A stretch of DNA of 52,586 nt from Asterionella formosa (lineage: Eukaryota): NCBI GenBank assembly GCA_002256025.1, contig NKIB01013733.1, forward strand, positions 1 through 52,586. The letters are read 5' to 3'. Positions 47,582 through 52,586 of this stretch are shown piece after piece. The notes under the pieces were generated by a model. The model worked only from the letters and a program-made list of their open reading frames with translations. It ran no database searches and was not told the DNA's origin. Every line of letters begins with the position of its first letter. Position 1 is the first letter of the stretch. The position numbers were made by a program, and so were the translations under genes.

Positions 47582-50500
47582 ATGTCTACAAATATTTCTG
47601 AAGAGAGCATGAGGCTCATCAAGTTTGATGGCAACGAAACAAACTGGTACCAGTGGAGCGTTAAAACGCTTGCTCTGGCAAAGGCAAGAGGATTCCGAAC
47701 GATGTACTTCAAGAACCACAACCCGTGTTCTGACGAAGAGTACGAAGTCGAGACAGACAAAGGGTTTCAGGGCAATCTACGAGCAGGCCAACGACAAGGC
47801 GTACCAGTTGCTCATCATGAGCTGCACCGGAATCGCCTTCGGACTCTTAAACCAAGCCAAAACGAAAACGTTGATCGATGGCGATGCATACATGGCGTGG
47901 AAGAACCTCGAAGTGAGGTATGCCCACCATTCTGTGTCAGACCTGATCCAGCTGGCAAGCGATTTCAACAAATGCAAGCTGAATGATAGCTCCTCTGATC
48001 CAGACGAATGGTTCATTGAGCTCGATCTAATACAAAGCAAGATGATGGCGATCGACCCGCCATTTGAGAATAAATTAATGAAAGTGATTGCGAACGTTAT
48101 CGACAAGCTTCCAGTGGAGTACAGTGAGGTTGTTACAGTCGTCGAGGGCATGACAACAATCAGCCTCAACAAATTGAAAGGCAAGATCCGAGCATTCTAC
48201 AAACGAAAGTTAAAGGGCACGAAGAGCACAAAGGAGATCGCCCTATTCACGCAGAAATACAAAGTTATCTGCAAGAACTGCGGCAAACAAGGGCACAAGC
48301 CCGACGTGTGCCGATCGAAAACGAACACAAGCGGAACAAATGCAAACGGTACGAACGAAAAAAATGAGATATAGTGCTATAATTGCAATAAATATGTTGG
48401 GCATATTGCAAGAGACTGCCCGGAACCAGAACGCGCACTATGCGGCGAGAGGAAAAAAGAAACCGGCATGTGGGTCGGAGTGTGCGAGGAGATTACCGGA
48501 ATGGAGGCGACAGACGCTATCCCTGCTGGTACACGTGTGTTTCGTCCCTACAATGGAAGACGAATGGTACGAAGATCAATACTGCGGGTCAAGCAACGGA
48601 ACGGAGCGCTGGCTCGCGGACACTGGGGCTACCACACACATCACTATGACTGACGAATGCATGACCAACGTCGAAAATGTCAACGTCTCGGTCATTGTTG
48701 GTGACGGTAAAGAGGTGGTACTACGCACGAAACGAGGTGGTATTCTGATTACCAACAAGACGTGCTCCATGTTACTACGCAAGGTACTCTACACTCCACA
48801 CTTCCACAAGAATATTGTCAGCATTGGGCAATTTGTCAAGAACGGAGGGTGCGAGGCACGCATGAAGCGGTCTGAGTTGAGTCTACATTAGGAAGGGCGC
48901 GACAACGAACTTACCTTTTCTTGTGAGGATCAAGGCGTCCTTTACTACTTCAAGGGAAAACGTACCCTATAATCCGAAAAGGTCTTGTCTATCCATGACT
49001 CGACAACAAGCCGTACACCTGAACCTACTCCAACGATTACCAAGACAGTGACGCAACTTCCTACGGCAAAAACTACCAAGAAACCAACTCAAATTGACAT
49101 CAACGAGGCCCACGACAAATAAAAAAGGCCATATCAGCGAGGCATCCCTTCGCGCAACGCTAAAGTCCCTCGGTATTCACCTACGGGCAAGATTCAGTCG
49201 TGTGAAGGCTGTGAACTAGCTAAGGCAAAGGCCAAAGCGGTACCTAAAGTCATGACCCCCAAGGCCACTACTACAGCTGAACGATTGTACGTGGACATTT
49301 CATGTGCCTACAAGAAATCTCTAATTGGAAGCAACTACTGCATTCTATTTGTGAATCAGTACACAGGCAAGGCATGGAGTTATTTTGTTAACAAGAAGAG
49401 TCTTTTGGCGAACATCGCGGATGCCCTACTGACTACACTCAAGTCAGCGGGCTATGTAGTACGCTTCCTACGCTGCGACAACGCCAGTGAAAACATGACC
49501 AGTCTAAGTATCGTCTGCACCACGCAGGGTATTCAGATTGAGTATACTGTCCCCCATATTCCTCAACAGAACGGATTCGTGGAACGAAAATTTGTGACGA
49601 TACAAGACCGAGCATGTGCCTCCATGTTCAGCGCAAAATTGTCAGACGAATACCAGGGGCTACTTTGGGCCGAGAGTGTCGACATGCACATGCGACTGAC
49701 GAACTCTGTTGTTAACTCGAATACGGAAAATGACCCAATTGGCTTTTCTACGGCTTTCAGCCTAAGATTTATCCTCACCTGATTCAGTTTGACAGGATGG
49801 GGGGGGCCACGATTCAGACGCCGAGGCAGAAATTAAGCCCAAAAAGTGTCAAATGTATCATGCTTGGATACAGCCATGACCATGCCGGTGATATATACCA
49901 CATGTACAACGTTGCCACGAAAGAGGTCTTAAACACAAGAGACCTTAAATGGGCCGACTGGCATGGAAATGTAAAACCTACAGCGGACATGGACGAATTC
50001 ACCACAGATGGATCCGGTATAGATGAGGAATTTGACACTCCTACCAAACCTTCCAACGCAATACCTCCTGACAACCCAGGGGCTGATACCCCACTATCAA
50101 CGAAACCGGACGACTCCAGTACTCCCAAGGGAGTGAGCTTTGCAGATTCCGTTGCAGGTGGTATGAATATGAACAAGCATTGTATGAATTATGCTATGAA
50201 ATCTACAAAGCTTGATCGAGAAATGAAAAGGCTATCAGCAGGCTTTGTGACCTCGCCTACACCTACTCGTGCAGGCACACGTCAGCAATCATCCGCAGCA
50301 CGCACGCTTATTTTGGATGACGGCACCAACGAAAACCTTGAAGAGCACCAACCTAGCAAGGAAGCACATTCAATGAGCCTACCTTCTGACCTACTTGAAC
50401 CCAAGAGCTACAAGCAGGCACTATTAAGTAACGAAAAAGACGAATGGACCAAGGCAATCAAAGCAGAGATTGAAAACTTCTTCTCCCGCAAAGTGTGGAA

Positions 50501-51392
50501 ACTACATCCTCGTAAGAATCTAGATGGACGAAAGCCACTTGGAGCAAAATGGGTATTTAAAAAAAAGAACGAGCATGACAACACTACGCGCAACAAGGGC
50601 CGTATTGTGGTAAAAGGCTACGTGCAGATACCAGGTGTTGACTTCACAGATTCATTTGCACCTGTTGTTACGGATACTGGCCTACGTATTGTGTTTGCAA
50701 TCACCCCACACAGGAAAGATTTTGTATGTGAAATTGTGGACATCGAAGCGACATTCCTCGAAGCCGACCTCGACGAAGAAATTTACATAGAATGGCCAGA
50801 TGGAATCGCTGACTTCCAATACGAAATGAATGAAACGACTATGACTGACAACTGTATCCGACTGGATAAGGCAATGTACGGCACAGTACAAGCTGCACGG
50901 CAATGGTTCAAGAAACTCCATGACTGCCTACTTAGTATGGGACTCAAGCAAAGCCGTGTCGACCCCTGTGTGTTCTACGAAAAACGGAAAGGCATCCTTA
51001 CCCTACTGCTATGCACCTACGTCGATGACCTCGCAGTAACCGGCACCCAAGCCAATGTCAACAAGTTCAAGTTGGCACTGAAACAATACTTTTACGTTAA
51101 AGAGCTTGGCCAGCTACGCAAGCATCTAGGAGTATGGTACGAATGGCGCGAAGACGAGAACGGACGCTATCTCCAGTCCGAAATGGAGGACTTTGTCAAA
51201 GACATGATTAATGACTACACGACTATATTTGGAAAGGAACCAAAGAAAGCCTTAACGCCGGGATTCCCGGGAACGGTCCTAAGTAAGGACCGAGGAGAGA
51301 CAATCAAGAATAAGGAATATCGCTCCCTCATCGGAAAGATACTTTACTTTTTGAAGAAAATATCGCCAGTATGCGCCAACGTCTGCAAATAA
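47582..51392 (+). mobile_element. Ty1/copia LTR retrotransposon gag-pol, degenerate and 3'-truncated
   Basis: gag FDGNETNWYQW; Zn knuckles CKNCGKQGHKPDVC and CYNCNKYVGHIARDC (after an in-frame TAG); protease WLADTGATTHIT; integrase LYVDIS/LRCDNASE/PQQNGFVERK; CIMLGYS; RT KWVFKKK..KGRIVVKGY..LDKAMYG..YVDD. Order PR-INT-RT is copia. RNase H is absent. Confidence 0.95.
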
Positions 51393-52586
51393 AAACCATC
51401 ATATTTCCATGATTCATCATAGGATTATGATCATCTGATCATAATTTTTCGTTATATCATCTAATAATTTTGATAAATGCCCTCGTAATTTAAATAGTAA
51501 CCCTTTTGACCATGGAAATTTGATTATTATATGTATTGTTTCTTTTAGGTTCCTTTATTTAAATTTCTTGTTAGGATAATGTACCAGCTACAGTAATGTG
51601 TTTTGGCTCATCATCCTCGCCAGTCCTCAATCTGATTCTTGCAACAACGACAAACCAGCCTTGTCGAGAGGATCGAGTGTTTGTGATAAAATCTTCATTT
51701 GTCGTTCAAGTCATCGTATGTCTTCGATGAATCGTCATCTACATTGTACAGTATGATCGTACTATGCAATCCGTTAAGGGCTTGAAAAGAAATCCAATGA
51801 AAACGAAATGGCTCATCACACAAGACGAATATTTCCGGCCGGTCTGTCACCAGAGCATCAATCAGTGTTACAACCTCAATCATAGCTAAACAACATCCAT
51901 TATAGAACAGCACAATCTACTTCTCCATAACATCGTCGCTCTAACAAGAACGCAATACATCTAGAATTGAAATGCAGCGTAGCAGGCGATATGCACAAAG
52001 AAGCATTAGACTGTGCCGTCTATTTATAGTAACAGAGTGATTCTGGTTTCGTAATTTTCATGTTTCATTAGATTTTCTTTGTCATCGGTCTAGTTCCTTA
52101 CCTTTGAAGACAGGAGCGTATTCTTTGATGTATCTGGAATATTTCAATTGATGGCAGCAGTTGGTATTAGACACAAACCTTGACAAAATCACTAGTAGCT
52201 TGTAGATATGAAAAGCAAGACACTTTGATTGGCCTATCACCCACCAGCCAGTCTATACTGCAAAAATGCAAGAATCAAGCACAAGTTGAATGCCCATTTA
52301 TGGGTTCAAGTTTCAGTAGTGCAACAATGTAAAAGATTAGAAACCGGAAGTCACATTTCATCTAGTAATTACGGTTTTCAGTTTACTAGTATTGATTGAG
52401 AGGAAGCAATGGTAGAATGGCTGCCAAACGGGCGGGGGAAAACACAGAGAATCCTACTAAGTTTTCTCGCCAATGATCCCAGACCCTTCTTGAATGTCAC
52501 TTGCTACAGAAAATGTAGAACAGCCGCCATGATCTGTTGATTGTTGCTTTATGGTGCCAATGACCAAAACCACCGGAAATCTCAAT

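Noticed and set aside
48372..48374. Programmed stop read-through in copia gag
   Set aside because: The element has many other stops and frameshifts, so decay is the simpler explanation.

Overview
Repeat-rich eukaryotic genomic DNA, most likely from a diatom (inferred from a DUF6824-type protein, a diatom-style HMG box with a long internal insertion and a Ty1/copia element). Seven intact, apparently intron-less genes: an unknown 294-aa ORF, an HMG-box protein, a DUF6824 protein, a DnaJ-membrane protein, DDI1, a prolyl 4-hydroxylase and an RRM+SAM methyltransferase. They sit among decayed mobile DNA: a RAG1/Transib-type DDE transposase pseudogene, pogo and hAT transposase remnants, LINE fragments, a truncated copia element, a TA-flanked MITE family, foldback elements and tandem repeats. 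Three observations stand out. (1) TA-CC(W)GG-TA motifs cluster upstream of every gene and look like stacked Tc1/mariner-pogo excision footprints; one is visible as a 7-bp insertion in one copy of a tandem repeat. (2) A 240-bp tRNA-headed SINE is bounded by a perfect 19-bp target-site duplication. (3) The RAG1-like core retains counterparts of its catalytic and Zn-ligand motifs, apart from one Cys codon that is now TGA. A polyG-N-polyC stretch at about 11.85-11.97 kb is probably an assembly artefact. All family calls come from reading motifs by eye; no searches were run.
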